Source: Squalus acanthias (lineage: Eukaryota). Taken from it: 64,000 nt of DNA. Where the stretch lies: NCBI GenBank assembly GCA_030390025.1, contig CM059432.1, forward strand, positions 44,270,001 to 44,334,000, in the 5' to 3' direction. The notes beneath the pieces were generated by a model. That model was not told the origin of the DNA and did no database searches. It saw nothing but the letters and a program-made list of their open reading frames with translations. Position 1 is the first letter of the stretch, and the number at the start of each line of letters is the position of its first letter. Position numbers and translations under genes: made by a program. Below are positions 23,609 to 37,805 of this stretch, in pieces.

Positions 23609-26229
23609 TGTGATTTTAATATTTTGCTTTAATGAAATCCAAAACATCTTGTTGTCTCTTTATATACTGAAAATGTCTGCTGTTAGCATTGGCAGCTGAA
23701 TGACCATTTATGTTGCTTCATACCTGACAGAGGACTCTTTTGGTTTAATCTTTGAATAATAAGTTCACTTTGCAGTATTTATAAAATTGGAATAGTAAAC
23801 TGGGCCAGCGAATGTTACTTACAGTATTTAGTGAATGCATGAAAATGTGACGGGGCTAAATTTCCTTGGGGCTTCTCCTATTGTGCTGCCGTAACTTCAG
23901 TGGGAGAAACCCTGTGGAAATTAATTCTCCCATAAATGTGATGGAATATATTTTTGGTCCTTTCCAGCTAAGTGCAACATTGTGGTCATTTAGAATTTTT
24001 TGCTGTTAACAAAAAATAGAATATGTACCCGAATGGAAAGTGTGAAGTTCTATTTTGTTTTAAAAGAGGTATGCTAAGTGTAGATTAATTTTTCACATTT
24101 GGTAATCTCGTATGTTTGACTAATCCTATGTCTTCTTACTTAGAGAGAGAGGTTGTATGGAAGTGGACGGGGTTTATGTTTTGCTTACCAAAAGATGGCT
24201 ACCAATCATCATGGAATTGCTGGCTGATTGACGGTTGTAAATCAAGTCCTGAACTCACTTGGAAGGTGCTTATATTCTGTTTAATATTTCTAAACATATC
24301 TACTGGACTTTTGGATCTTTATGGGAAGAACTCATCCAACTTTACTCAACAGCTGGAAGATTTTCTTTTTTCAGTGATGAGGTTCATGATTAATTTCTTT
24401 TGATTCTAATTAATCAAGATGGTGAAGTACCACATTTGTAAAACAGCACTTTTGGTAGAGTTTGTGCACTTGAAATAAATTGAAAATGGGTTAACAAAGA
24501 TTTTTTATGTAGCAAATGAACTGCATAGAAAGGACAATATCGTAATTTTGGTTCTCTCTGTTGAGGGATAGTTATCGGAACAGTTACTGCAGAGACCCAT
24601 TTCATATTTTGGAAACAACAGGATATCCAAGGGCCATGCATAAAAAGAAAGTTTTATTTTTAAAAAGTCATGCTATGTTAAACATTCTACTCCAGTTTCA
24701 AGACATCTTATCAAAGACTAAAGTCTTCAGTTGTTTTCTGTGTCTTTTACCTGCAATGTTTGTTACCTAGGAGTGAAAAGGTTGGATTACATAGCTCTGA
24801 CAGGGTCATTCTCCTTCTTTGATGTTATCCTATATGTACAAGGTAGGATTATCCCAGTTATCCAATGAGAGAAATCATAGGCACAATTCCTTGTTAGAAT
24901 TTAAAGGAGTCATACTACTTTATCCTTCCTGTGCTATACAGATACTGCTTCCTGAATAGCTCAGTTGTTTTCAGAAAAGGGGCTTATTAGAAGAAGCACA
25001 ATGACTTGAACTGTTGTTTTCAGTAACTACTCTTCTGGCTTTTTGGGATTTGGAGCAGGTAATACTGGGTGGATTCCACACTTCCATATTGGGAGACCCT
25101 TCATCATCCTTTGCATGTAATAGGGTTTAGCTGAGTTTGTAACCAGAAGGTTGGACCTGTAGATCTGGACTGTAGACCCATATATAACACTGAACCAAAG
25201 AGCAGGTCACATTGACAAGGTCTAAACAATGATGAGAGCTACTGCATGTACAGGTTTTACAATGTAGCCTCTTTAACATTTGCCTTGTGCCCCTGAGCTC
25301 ATGAAATTTACATCCTGTTTGCTAGCGGTAGTGCATTATGCAACCTAGAAACCAATTTCCCAGCCCAGGCTTCCTAAATTATACATAGCCCCTTGATTTA
25401 TTGTGCAACAACATACCCATGTAGAAGCACATAGCTCTCCTAAAATTCAGAGTTAATTTTGTGTTCAGCTTCCAGAGGATATGGAGAATGAAAAAATGTT
25501 GATAATAGCCATTGGCAACTCAGACCGATTTACAGTCTTATCATCAAGTCAAGTAGCGTGGTTTCACAAGCTCAGAATTCATGAATTCTCGTAGCTAACA
25601 CCAGTGAAGTGGACATTTTTGCATCAAGAAGTTTAAGCTTCGAGCTCATAGGTTGAAATGATACCTCATTTAGGTTAAGATCTCAAGGTAAAAGGTAGTG
25701 ATCATATGTGTAACCTGTCCTGATTGAAATTTAAACTCTCTACTGATGGTTGATAACATTATCATAATTAGCACTCCAGCCACCAGAGCAGATCTACCGG
25801 TAAACTACACTCTTTAGTTTCTGCATAGATCAAAGGACTGAAAAACAAGGGGCTGACAAGATGACTCTGGTGCTCTCTGGTGGGACCTTGAGATTTCAGT
25901 TAATTGCATGGTAATTTAATTGCTTTGTGTATTCTGTTTTCTCAGTAAATTCTCTGTAGCCGCCTATTGTGGAAATTGGTTTAAAGATCTATCATTATAC
26001 CTCCGGAACTGGAACAAAAGTTTTAAAACTTTAAATGAAGGATTCATTCATTTAGGTATACTTTGGCCTGTCAAATAATTCCTGATGTATACCCTTGATC
26101 TTGCGGTCTACTGCCTGCACCAGTGATTGATCCAATGTGCATATATGAACACTGGACCAAGATTAGGTCATTGCACTTCTCTAAACCCCCTCCCCCCAAA
26201 AATTGATAGAAGCACTGACAGTATCTTGG

Positions 26230-26960
26230 AGTTAGATGTTTTACTTCATATACCAAGACCACTTTTTCCAAAATAATTACGCCATCTATCCAGAATGACT
26301 TAAGTTTTCTCATTGCAGCATCCCATAGGTTCTTAAATGATTCTAGGGTTTTTGCCTTCACTGCTCTATCCAAGAGTGCACATCCATGTTTTCATCAATC
26401 TATTTGTGAAGAAAACTTCTTAATTAGTCCTAAATTTACCTTTAACTAGTTTGACCCTGTGGTTCCTACTCTCTCAATTTAATTTAATTATCCAGATTTA
26501 CCTTTTTATACTGTTTACAATCTTACATACCTTCTGTAAGATCTCTGACACCTTTCCAGGTTTGAACACCCAACTTTCTCCATTTATTCTTTACAACTAA
26601 GACCTCTGAGACTAGGGATCAACCTTGTGACTCTTCTGCACTGCCTCCAGCACTTGAATGTCTCCCTTGTGTCCCAATGACCAGAACTGCACACAATACT
26701 CAAGGTGTGGTCTGCCCAGAGCACTATACAGTTTGATCATGACTTCCTCTGACTTGGATTCTACTGTTTAGTTAATATAATTCAACATTCTATTGGCTTT
26801 ATTGATTGCTGCTTTGCGTTGGACATGTTGAGTGTTATGTTTACTGAGACCCCTAGCTTTTTTTCAAACGTCAACCTTAGTTATTTCAACACCATTGTGT
26901 GTTGCTCATTTTTCCTCCCTATTTACAGTACTTTACATTTCTGTATCTTGACTGTGCTGC
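26230..26960 (-). mobile_element. Old CR1 3' fragment
   Basis: gaccagaactgcacacaatactcaaggtgtggtc is the reverse complement of [12 protein letters not shown]; highly degenerate. Confidence 0.75.
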
Positions 26961-27581
26961 AAGGTTCATGTTTTCCATCTGCCTCCACACAGTCCCTTTT
27001 GGTTTATTGTTCAGAATCTTCTTTTGTCCTGCTCAATGCACACTATTGAAGTTGCTCTGGACGCATATTCTGTGGGTGACTGCACATCACATCACATCCC
27101 TCCACTGTGCTTGGAGTTAAACAAGCAGACCCTGATTCTGTCTTGGTACTAAATCAAAATCGTATTAGCACTGATTTTCCTTTTTATCCTTTTCTTGCTT
27201 GGGCTGAAGCTCCTCGTGTTTGTACTGCTCCTTTGCATCCTCCAGTTTATGCAATTCTAACTAGTACACGTGCACTTTGTCGTTCCTTTCCTGATCTCAT
27301 CTGAATGCTCTTACCCGTTGCTGCTGAAAAACATTCTACCTTTGTTTCAACATCAAATCTTGCCACAATGGTATTGGTTTCTGAACAAATGCTCATTGTA
27401 ACTGCTATTCTATTCTGCTTCTTCAATTTAATTTTACCAGTTGGTCTGCATATGATATTAAGGTCCCATTTTCACTACTACCAATTATTATGAGGCAGGC
27501 TTTCACTTGGATCTTTTCTCCTGCCCAACCCTGAATTTAATAGACAAGCACTCTTACTCCCTATGAACTGAAGCATAACCT

Positions 27582-28435
27582 CATAGAATCATAGAATGGT
27601 TACAACACGGAAGAAGGCCATTCAGCCTGTCGAGCCCGTGCCGGCTCTCTGCAAGAGCACCTCAGCTAGTCCTACTCCCCCGCCCTTTCCCCGTAGCCCT
27701 GCAAATGTTTCTCTTTCAGGTACTTATCCAACTCCCTTTTGAAAGCCGTGATTGAGTGTGCCACCACCACCCTTTCAGGCAGTGCATTCCAGATCCTAAC
27801 CACTCGCTGAGTAAAAATGTTTTTTCTTATGTCGCCTTTGGTTCTTTTGTCAATCACCTTGCATCTGTGTCCTCTGGTTTCGACCCTTCTGCCAATGGGA
27901 ACAGTTTCCCTCTTATCTACTCTGTCCAGACCCCTCATGATTTTGAACACCTCTATCAAATCTCCTCTCAATCTTCTCTGCTCGAAGGAGAACAACCCCA
28001 GCTTCTCCAGTCTATCCACGTAACTGAAGTCCCTCATCCCTGGAACCATTCTTGTAAATCTTTTCTACACCCTCTCTATGGCCTTCACATCCTTCCTAAA
28101 GTGCAGTGCCCAGAATTGGACACAATACTCCAGTTGAGTCCAAACCAGTGTTTTATACAGGTTCATCATAATTTCCACGCTTTTGTACTCTCTACCTCTA
28201 TTCATGAAGCCCAGGATCCCGTAAGCTTTTTTAACTGCTTTCTCAACCTGCCCTGCCACCTTCAACGATTTCCTTAATTAATCCACACTTGTCCAAGTGA
28301 CTGTTAATTTTGTCCCTGATTACTGTTTCTAAAAGCTTCCCCACTACTGAGGTTAAACTGACCGGCCTATAGTTGCTGGGTTTATCTTTACACCCTTTTT
28401 TGAACAAGGGTGTAACATTTGCAGTTCTCCAGTCA
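27582..28435 (-). mobile_element. CR1 3' fragment with internal deletion
   Basis: Tail catagaatcatagaat, ORFs 27672-28049 and 28065-28265. Jumps to an upstream RT segment at about 28270. Confidence 0.9.
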
Positions 28436-28569
28436 TGTATAAAGCAATGTGGGATAGCTCATCTTTGTCAAACAAATTTATTGTCTCTAGATTTACACGT
28501 AGGATTTCCACCACACATCCATGTCACTTCAGAGGATGTTTCATATCAGTCATGTCATACACTTTCTTA

Positions 28570-29959
28570 GAACATAGAACATAGAACAGTACAGCACAGT
28601 ACAGGCCCTTCGGCCCTCGATGTTGTGCCGAGCATTGTCCGAGACCAAGATCAAGCTATCACACTCCCTATCACTCTGGTGTGCTCCATGTGCTTATCCA
28701 ATAACCGCTTGAAAGTTCCTAAAGTGTCCGACTCCACTATCACAGCAGGCAGTCCATTCCACACCCCAACCACTCTCTGAGTAAAGAATCTACCTCGGAC
28801 ATCCCTTCTATATCTCCCCCCATGCACCTTATAGTTATGCCCCCTTGTAACAGCTGCCTCTACCCGAGGAAATAGTCTCTGAACATCCACTCTATCTATC
28901 CCCCTCATCATCTTATAAACCTCTATTAAGTCGCCTCTCATCCTCCTCCGCTCTAAAGAGAAAAGCCCCAACTCCCTCAATCTTTCCTCATAAGACCTCC
29001 CCCCCCAAACCAGGCAGCATCCTGGTAAATCTCCTTTGCACTCTTTCCAATGCTTCCACGTCCTTCCTATAGTGAGGTGACCAGAACTGCACACAATATT
29101 CCAAATGTGGTCTCACCAAGGTCCTGTACAGTTGCAGCATAACCTCACGGTTCTTAAACTCAAACCCTCTGTTAATAAACGCCAACACACCATAGGCCTT
29201 CTTTACTGCTCTATCCACTTGAGTGGCAACCTTCAGAGATCTGTGGATATGAACCCCCAGATCCCTCTGCTCCTCCACGTTCCTCAGAACCCTGCCGTTG
29301 ACCCTGTAATCCTTATTCAAATTTGCCCTACCAAAATGAATCACCTCGCACTTATCAGGGTTAAATTCCATCTGCCATTTTTCGGCCCAGCTCTGCATCC
29401 TATCAATGTCTCTTTGCAGCCTACAACTGCCCTCCACCTCATCCACTACTCCACCAATCTTGGTGTCATCAGCAAATTTACTGATCCACCCTTCTGTCCC
29501 CTCCTCCAAGTCATTGATAAAAATCACAAACAGCAGAGGACCCAGCACCGACCCCTGTGGCACACCGCTGGTAACTGGTCTCCAGTCCGAAATGTTCCAT
29601 CCACCACCACCCTCTGCCCTCTATGAGATAGCCAGTTACTTATCCAATCGGCCAAATTTCCCTCTATCCCACAACTCCTTACTTTCTTCATGAGACGCCC
29701 ATGGGGAACCTTATCAAACGCCTTACTAAAATCCATGTATACGACATCAACTGCTCTACCTTCATCTACACACTTAGTTACCTCCTCAAAGAATTCAATC
29801 AAATTTGTTAGGCAAGACTTACCCTTCACGAATCCGTGTTGACTATCCCTGATTAAGTTGCCCCTTTCCAAATGGTCATAAATCCTATCCCTCAGGACCT
29901 TTTCCATTATCTTACCAACCACCGAAGTAAGACTAACCGGCCTATAATTAGCAGGGTCA
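28570..29959 (-). mobile_element. Relatively young 5'-truncated CR1 (HER1-like)
   Basis: RT readable through ORFs 29524-29997, 28988-29563 and 28651-29094 with only two frameshifts; tail (AGAACAT)n; probable TSD TTTCTTA. Confidence 0.93.
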
Positions 29960-30584
29960 TTTCTTACCAGACTAAAGTAACAAACAAATTTATTCATTGT
30001 TATTATTTACAGTGGTTGCAATTACAGCTAGTTGTCAAAGTACGTTCAATAGCACAGTAGCTTTAAACCAATCATGGAAGAGTTGAGCAGATAAACCAAT
30101 TTATTGAGTTCCTTTGAATAACTTTCTTTATAGACCTTTCAAGACAAAAGGTAAACATTTCTGAGTAGTTTAGTAATCACAGTCTTTCTCAGAATTATAT
30201 GGGTGCTCATATCTATACAGTTCACGTTTTACTTCCACATCGTTTGCAGCAGGTCAGAACAGTAACGAACTGATATATGAAAAGGGTTCAATCCTTATAA
30301 AGAAGTAAGAACTTGCGTTTAACAGTTAGTATGTAGGAAAACCGATAAGCCAATTCTACACACAGCAAGATCCTACAAACTCCAAATGACCAATTAATCT
30401 GTTTTGTGGCATTGGCTAAGGGGTGAATGCTATCCAGAATTATTGCATTTTTAAAATGCAAACTATTGCATTTTCGTCACAGTCGTTTTGGAGTGAAACT
30501 TGATGTCTGCCTGCTGCTGCTCCCAGATGGGCACGCCGCTTGTGAGTTTAAAACAAGCACCTCCTCTCTTCTTTTATCTTTTTG

Positions 30585-30722
30585 TGGGAATCAAGGGATA
30601 TGGGGATAGTGCAGGAAAGTGGAATTGAGGTAGAAGATCAGCCATGATCTTATTGAATGGCGGACCAGGCTCGAGGGGCCAAATGGCCTACTGCTGCTCC
30701 TATTTCTTATGTTCTTATGTTC
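30585..30722 (+). mobile_element. CR1 3' tail fragment
   Basis: Same tail as 37670-37805 and 57190-57321, ending ttcttatgttcttatgttc. Confidence 0.85.
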
Positions 30723-33425
30723 ATAGTAATTATGGTTCTTCTAGTGGTGGAGTGGTTAAATGTATTATGAGGTGTGCTACTGAACCATACAGACTAGAAA
30801 GGCCCCTGTTTCTATGTTATTTTGTTGAGGTAGCTTATCTCAGCCAGGGCAGCAGTGAGGATAAAAGAATTAGCTTCAGTAGGAAGAACAAAATTCAGTC
30901 AGGCTGCCAGTGATTCCTTCTAGAAAGTGCATGCATGAGGACAGGCTCCTCGTGACTAAATAAGCCTCTGAGACTCGCTGTTTAAACTGGCACATGAAAT
31001 ATGGCCCCTTGGGTGAGGTAGAGAAAGACTGCCAGCATCCATAGATTGTATACCAACATGAATCATTGCATTCAGATAATGAAGAAACAAGTGAGAAAAG
31101 AATTTTGAAGGGGCAAAAATATATAATCCCCAGATTCATATGCTCACTATCTGCTGCCTTTAAAGCCCCCTGTGGTCTTTTGTATCTTTCTGTTTTTCCC
31201 TTCCACCTTAAGGAGGTATACTGTCCCCCACAAAAGCCTCTATTTAGCCCAAAACAACATCCAGGATGTTCATAACACAATCCTCTTTTCATGAGCTCCA
31301 GTCCTTAACTGACACATGATTTAACTCCAGCTACCGTATCTAACTATATATCACGTAACCCAGATAAAACCATTCTATAAATTACATGAAAAATACAGTA
31401 TTGTACCTGAAGCCATAATACACTCATGAGTTTGTTATTGGTTTTTGGTTGGTTCCAATTATATAAGCAGGTAATTAAGAGAAAGAATGACTAAGATTTT
31501 GACATCTCCTTCACTCGCATACATCATGCTTCACTACCAGTACCTCACCCTCTAGCTTCTTTGTGAGTTGTGAATCACCCTGTGTCAATTACTAATCTAC
31601 ATTATATGCATCACCTCAAGTTAATTTATCTGCACTGCTGAATGCAGCTGATAGAGTTCATGATGGAATGGGTCAATTTCTTCTGGCAATGCCAGATGTT
31701 GAAGATTCTGGTATTGGTTCTTTTTCAATTTCTTTTTTCTAGATTCTGTGGAATAAGAAGAGTGAGAAATGCAATAAGTGTCCTGCTCCCCACTTTTTCC
31801 TTTTTAGAAACATGTAAGGGTAGCCTCAGAGTATGAACCTCAAAAAAGAGAAACCATTTCTAACCTTTGACTATTGGCACTTGATCAGTGCAAACTGTAG
31901 GTGCAGGTTTTTTCACGTCTCCAATGCTACGGCATTAGCTGAATTCCAAGGATTTCCATTGCCTCCTCCTCCTGTTGTCCTTGGGAATTGTGCACAATTC
32001 TTTCCTGCATGGCAAAAGCATGCTTGTTATTTTCAGTCGCACTCTGTTTAATTTGAGAACTCTCTGAATTCTGATCACATCTCTTGTGGCTCTCCCAGAG
32101 ATATTGAGGCTTCAATGGGCATGCATGCATTGCAGCATGCTGTATTCATTTAATTGAAGTCTTCCATATACATTGTATTTGTATTTAGTGCTCTGTAATG
32201 GGAATGCACTTTTAGGGTAAATACAGAATTACTGTCTCAAATGTACATTAAAAGCAGCTTGCTGCCAGAACACCTTATTATGTCATTACACTTCATCCTG
32301 CATTGAGAGAAGTCCCTGGGATTTAGGGAGTTGCCACTCACTACCTGTGCCATTTCTTTTCATGTGGTTCTGGCTGGTCTCTTACTACTCACTCCCACTA
32401 TTGCATCTCCCCCCTCTTCTGTAAGAAGAATATTTACATAATTCTCTAAGACATTTTCTGCTCTTCTCTTAACTGTTCCTGTTGAAGCCAGATCTTCACC
32501 TTCCTCCATGCTGGTTGTGCTTTAAGAACAGTCCAGCTTTAATTCCTGCAACCTGAAAAGTACTTTCTCCGATGTCCCTCCCAAATATTTTCTGGGCTTC
32601 CCAGGCACAGCGCGCCAATTGTTGGTAGAACTCATACCTTTGACCTGCCCAGGAATATTCTAATGCAATGACTCCACAATTTCTGATGGCATAAGCATCA
32701 GGGCTATAGAGTGGGTGGAAATCCCACCCCTGTGGACTTGCGATGGCAGAACACAGGACTTAGAATTTCAAGGCAGTTAGGTTTTTCAAAGCTCAATGGT
32801 AGTTACTGTGACATTAATAAAATTATCATCTTTCCTTAATTGTTTCCTCCATTCAATATGGAACTCACTACTACTAGGACTCTACAGTTTTTAAAAGTGT
32901 GCCACATTCCATGGTATATTCTGTAAAATAATTTTTAAAAATTATGTATTTCAAGGGCATTTAATACAATTTATTTTATTGTATGGATTGTTTGTAAAGA
33001 TACATATAAAATATTATGTTGTTGTAGGCACCCTCCCTACAAAAGGGCACTGATGTGTTAGAGAGGGTTCAGAGAAATGTAAGATAATTATTTTGGATTT
33101 AGAGCATTATGTTTTTTAAAAAAAAAGGCTTAGAGAATTTAGCTTGCTTTCATTAGTGAATAATGCCTAGAATTTCTGTAGGGGTCCACCAGCAGAATAT
33201 TAGCGAAACCTCTGGAGAAATTGTGCAAATGCCTTAAACTGCTGTTTACACCAATTCGCCAGGGTTTCCACCAAAGTTACAGCAGGATTGGGATAACCCC
33301 ATGGAAACTTTCCCCCAAGATGTTTGAGTGAAGGCATGGTCCAGGCCTCAACTCATATGCTGTATGATCATTCAGTGGTGCATAAACACTGTCATAGACT
33401 GGCCTGTTTCTGTACTGTAAATATT

Positions 33426-34155
33426 GGCCCAGAAATTCGCCTCTCCGGCTTGCCGCGGGGGTAAGGATCGTGCGCGCACTTACCTATCGCGCCTGCCATT
33501 GTTAATTTGGGCCCACGGGAACTTCAGCTCCTGGTCCTGCTCCAAGTGCCGGCGCGCAGTGCTTGCGTGTCCCAGGGGCGTAGTTAGTGCGATGCGTCCC
33601 CTGGGATCACGTGGGCCATGGAGAGACAATGGCAGCAGACCATCTTTCATTCATAGATTTGACAGGAAGAGCTGTCAAATCTGTGAATTGAAATCGGCCC
33701 CAAAAGAACAGCTAAACTTAAAATATTTATTTTTTAAAACCATCACATTTATAAAATAACTATAGTTAAATAAATTAACCACTTTAAACAAAAATTTAAA
33801 TTTTTGAAAAAATTAAAATACTTTTTAAAAGTGATAAAAATAAACTTACCTTTCTTTAAAGTATCTAAAAAAGATAAACCTGTTGAAATTTTTTTTAAAT
33901 TATACTTAATTAACCACTTACCTTGTTGAAAACGGGTCCTGCGCCTCCTTTTTATAAGCGTAGGTTCTTCACTACTTACCCTCGCGTAGAAACCTGAAAA
34001 AAAATCTAAGTTCGCTGCGTACGCGCAGCCTCTACCGCGCACGCGGTTCACCTAGGAACCGCCCCCTTCACCAGACCGGAAGTTCCGGTTTCCCGCGCAT
34101 GCGCAGTGCATGCAGGAAACCGGCACTTCGGGACGCATTACGGGTGAGTACGTAT
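33426..34155. mobile_element. CpG-rich Harbinger-type non-autonomous element, one end visible
   Basis: Starts with TIR-like ggcccagaaattcg; GC-rich arms surround an AT-rich core (33715-33915), the same layout as MITE 12771-13552. Confidence 0.6.
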
Positions 34156-34312
34156 GTACTATAGGTGCGATAAAGTTACTTGATTTGTTTTGTGAATGCG
34201 GTGCTAGACAATGAGTATAAATTGAGAAATATCAAACAAGACTTGAGATTAGAAATAATTAACTTCCTTCAAGAGTAAAATAAATTTGATATGTGAAACG
34301 GCAGTTAACTCT

Positions 34313-34995
34313 AGCCTTATTTTAACCAGGAGTGGGAATTGGGCATGTGGGGGGCCAGGTAGGTGCAAAATCCTCCCGACCTTGGCAGCATGAGGCTCAG
34401 GCAAGTTTAACTCCCGGGCATCATCTGCACGCCATCGGTCAGCTGCTTGTCTAAAATGGGCAGGAAGCAGCAGTTGACCAGTGGGTGAGTTTAGAATTTT
34501 GAGTGGCAATAGGCCACTGACTGGCACCGAAGGAATGTTTGCTGGCAACAAGATAAGTCATGGGGATGAGGTTTCGGAAGGGTCTTGCGGAAGAGAAGGG
34601 GAGGGTACCTGGGGAAAGGGTGGCCTAAATTTTCCTTGAGGTCCAGATCAGCACTCCTGCTCCCAAAAGGAAATTAAAAAAGCTTACCTGTTTTGGCCTC
34701 TTTTGGCTACAGATCCTCTTCCTGCTATCTTCACCAGGCAGGAAAGCCACAATGCTTTCCCTGCTCAGGTCACTGTTAAAAATGCAGTCGGAGCCTAATG
34801 GTATACTCAGACTCTGATCTGCAAATTTGAAGAAGGACTCCACCAGTTTCGGGCAGGTGTCTTTGCCATCTGCTCATAAGAGTACGTTAAAATAGAAGAC
34901 GCAGGGATCAGTGTGGAATGTTGGCAGGTAAGTCACGTGGCCAATTTTAACTGCCTGCTTGGTTTCTGCCAGGTAGATGGGTTAAAATTGCCCCT
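34313..34995. mobile_element. Older MITE-like element
   Basis: attttaacc at the left and gggttaaaattgcccc at the right; a related fragment lies at about 54100-54530. Confidence 0.5.
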
Positions 34996-36574
34996 TCTGT
35001 GTTGATTAATAGCTTTTGAAAAAGCTAAATGACCATTTGTTTGGCATGGAATTGAGGGTTATAAAAGTACATATAGACAGAAATGGCTGAATGTTCTGTG
35101 AAACAGAATGATCATGGCTCCTCTGTAAATAGGGGGAATGTCATGCCAAGCGATCAGAAAGAAACTTGTGCAGCCCTTTTTTTAGAAGGTTAAGTAAGTT
35201 AGGTAGAGTCCAAAGTAAAGCGCATTATCCACAGAAATAATGTCTGATGGTACAAATGGCCATCCTCCTTTCAATCGTTTTTATGTCTTGATTTGTTGCA
35301 GTTTAATCCAGACTAATCTTTCCCTAGGATTTGTATTAGCTAGTCATATCTTGATTTTTTTTCTTACTTTTTAACCAAGTCAACCATTTATGTACTTTCA
35401 TTGATATGGTTCTGTCGGCACCAATCAAAGCCAGAATTCTTGAATTTAATTTTCACACAATGTCTATCTTGAATCTAGTGGTCACTATGGGAAGTGTAAA
35501 TGCAGGGTCTTATGCTAAACTTGTGTAAATGCACCCTTAGATATTTGCTCTTTAGCTAGTGTCAGCTCATGGTTTCCTGATAAACCCAAGTATTGTCACA
35601 TTTTCCAGGATTTAATTCCTGTCATTTTGTAGAAAAATAGAGAGGAAGTTGAGAAGCTGCTGCAGTTCCACAAGAAACTTGGAGGCAATTAGAAGCTTTT
35701 CTTATTATGGTACCCTCCCTAAAGGTTAGTAAGGAGGTAGAAAGCAAATCATACTTGCCTGGCTGATTGAGACCCATTCTTCTCCTTGATGATTCAGAAA
35801 TTCCTGCTTCCTCATCTATCCTGGTTCTATCCCATGAGATAGTGCCTGAAGTCATAGGTCTACTTTCCATTGAATGCTTAGTTTTGAGAAATCTTAAACA
35901 CAACCAAATACCTATTGATGGTAATCGAAAACTAGAATTCTAGTTCATATTCCTATTTAGACAAACTGTTTACAAACTTAAATTTAAGAGACTTCAAGTA
36001 TGGCATCCCAGCAGCTCCTCCTGTCTCTTTCTTAGAACCTGGGTTTCAAATTAAATCTAAAACACTCCAACTGGAGCCTCAGGACCTGTTTTATAGTTTA
36101 CAATTTCAGACATCCCCTTATAAATAGCTTCTTTACCATCAAATCATTTTAGTACTATATAACAAGATGCAATTTTCTTATCCAAGGAATTCAGCTTCCC
36201 TACAAAACACTATCTGCACTGGTTTGATGGCAAAAGTGTTTTTTGTGGTTCTAGATACAAGGTTGAAGCCTTGGAATAAATTTTTAGAAATGGCCTCTGA
36301 GTGCTGTCCTTCACTGTGATAGATGCCCTCAAAATACAACACTTGTCTAAAGGACAATTGAGCACTAATCCTTTAAATTTAGTATGAATCAAATGTTATA
36401 ATCGATATCCTTGAGGTGTAATCCTAATCTGGTTTTCCCAGGTTGTAGACTGTGGCCAAGCAATGTATTTCAGAATGGAGAACAAATGAGGAAGAACTTG
36501 AATTTGATGCCTTTAGTCTGCACACTCTTTGGTTTGAGCATTATAGTGAAAGAAGAAATAATGATCTCAGTTCA

Positions 36575-37805
36575 ACATCGATCTATTATTAAGGAAGTGG
36601 TAACAGAGCACTTGGAAAATCACTGATTAGGCAGAGTCAACACGGTTTTATGAAAGGGAAATTGTCTTCGACAAATCTAATAGAGGTTTTTGAGGGTGTA
36701 ACTAGCAGGGTAGATAAGGGGGAGCCAGTGGATGCAGTTTATTTGGATTTTCAGAAGACATTCAATAATGCGCCATATAAGAGGCTGTTACACAAGATTA
36801 GGGCTCATGGAATTGGGAGTAATATATTAGCATGGATTGAGGATTATTTAACAGACAGAAAACAGAGCGTAGGAATAAACGGGTCATTTTTGGGATGGTA
36901 GGGTGTAACTGATGGAGTGCCACAAGGATCAGTGCTTGGGCCTCAGCTATTTACAATCTATATCAATTACTTAGATGAGGGGACTGAGTGTAATATATCC
37001 AAATTTGCTGAAATTATCCACTTTGGTAGGAAGAATGGAAAAGCAGAATATTTTTTAAAAGGTGAGAGATTAATAAATGCTGGTATTCAGGGATTTGGGT
37101 ATCCTTGTACATGAATCACAGAAAATTAACTTGCAGGTACAGCAAGCAATTCGGAAGGCAAATGATATGTTAGCTTTTATTGCAAGGGGGTTGGAGTATA
37201 AGAGTAAGGAAGTTTTGCTGCAATTATATAAGGCTTTGGTGAGACCATACCTGGAGGAGTACTGTGTACAGTTTTGGTCTTCTTGCCTAAGGAAAGATAT
37301 ACTTGCCTTAGAGGGAGTGCAATAAAGATACATTAGATTGATTCCTGGGATGAGAGGGCTGTCTTATGAGGAGAGATTGAGTAGAATGGGCCTCTAATCT
37401 CTGGAGTTTAGAAGAATAAGAGGTGATCTCATTGAAATGTATAAAATTCTTAGATGGCTTGGCATGGTAGATTCTGAGAGGCTGCTTCCCCTGGCTGGAG
37501 AGTCTAGAACTATGGGTCATCGTCTCAGGTTAAGGGGTTGGTCATTTAGGAGTGAGATGAGAAATTTCTTCACTTGGGGTTGTGAATCTTTGGAATTTTC
37601 TACCCCAGAGGGTTGTGGATGCTCAGTCGTTGAGTATGTTCAGGACTGAGATCGATAAATTCTTGGGCACTAAGGGAATCAAGGTATGTGGAGATAGGGC
37701 AGGAAAGTGGAGTTGATGTAAAAGATCAGCCATGATCTTATTGAATGGCGGAGCAGGCTCGAGGGGCTGTATGGCCTACTACTCCTCCTATTTCTTATGT
37801 TCTTA
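36575..37805 (+). mobile_element. 5'-truncated CR1 LINE
   Basis: ORFs 36650-36901, 36917-37114, 37077-37325 and 37437-37649; tail ttcttatgttctt. Confidence 0.92.

Noticed and set aside
30725..31060. LF-SINE-like ancient SINE
   Set aside because: Only vague resemblance (agcttatctcagccagggcagc); too decayed to call by eye.
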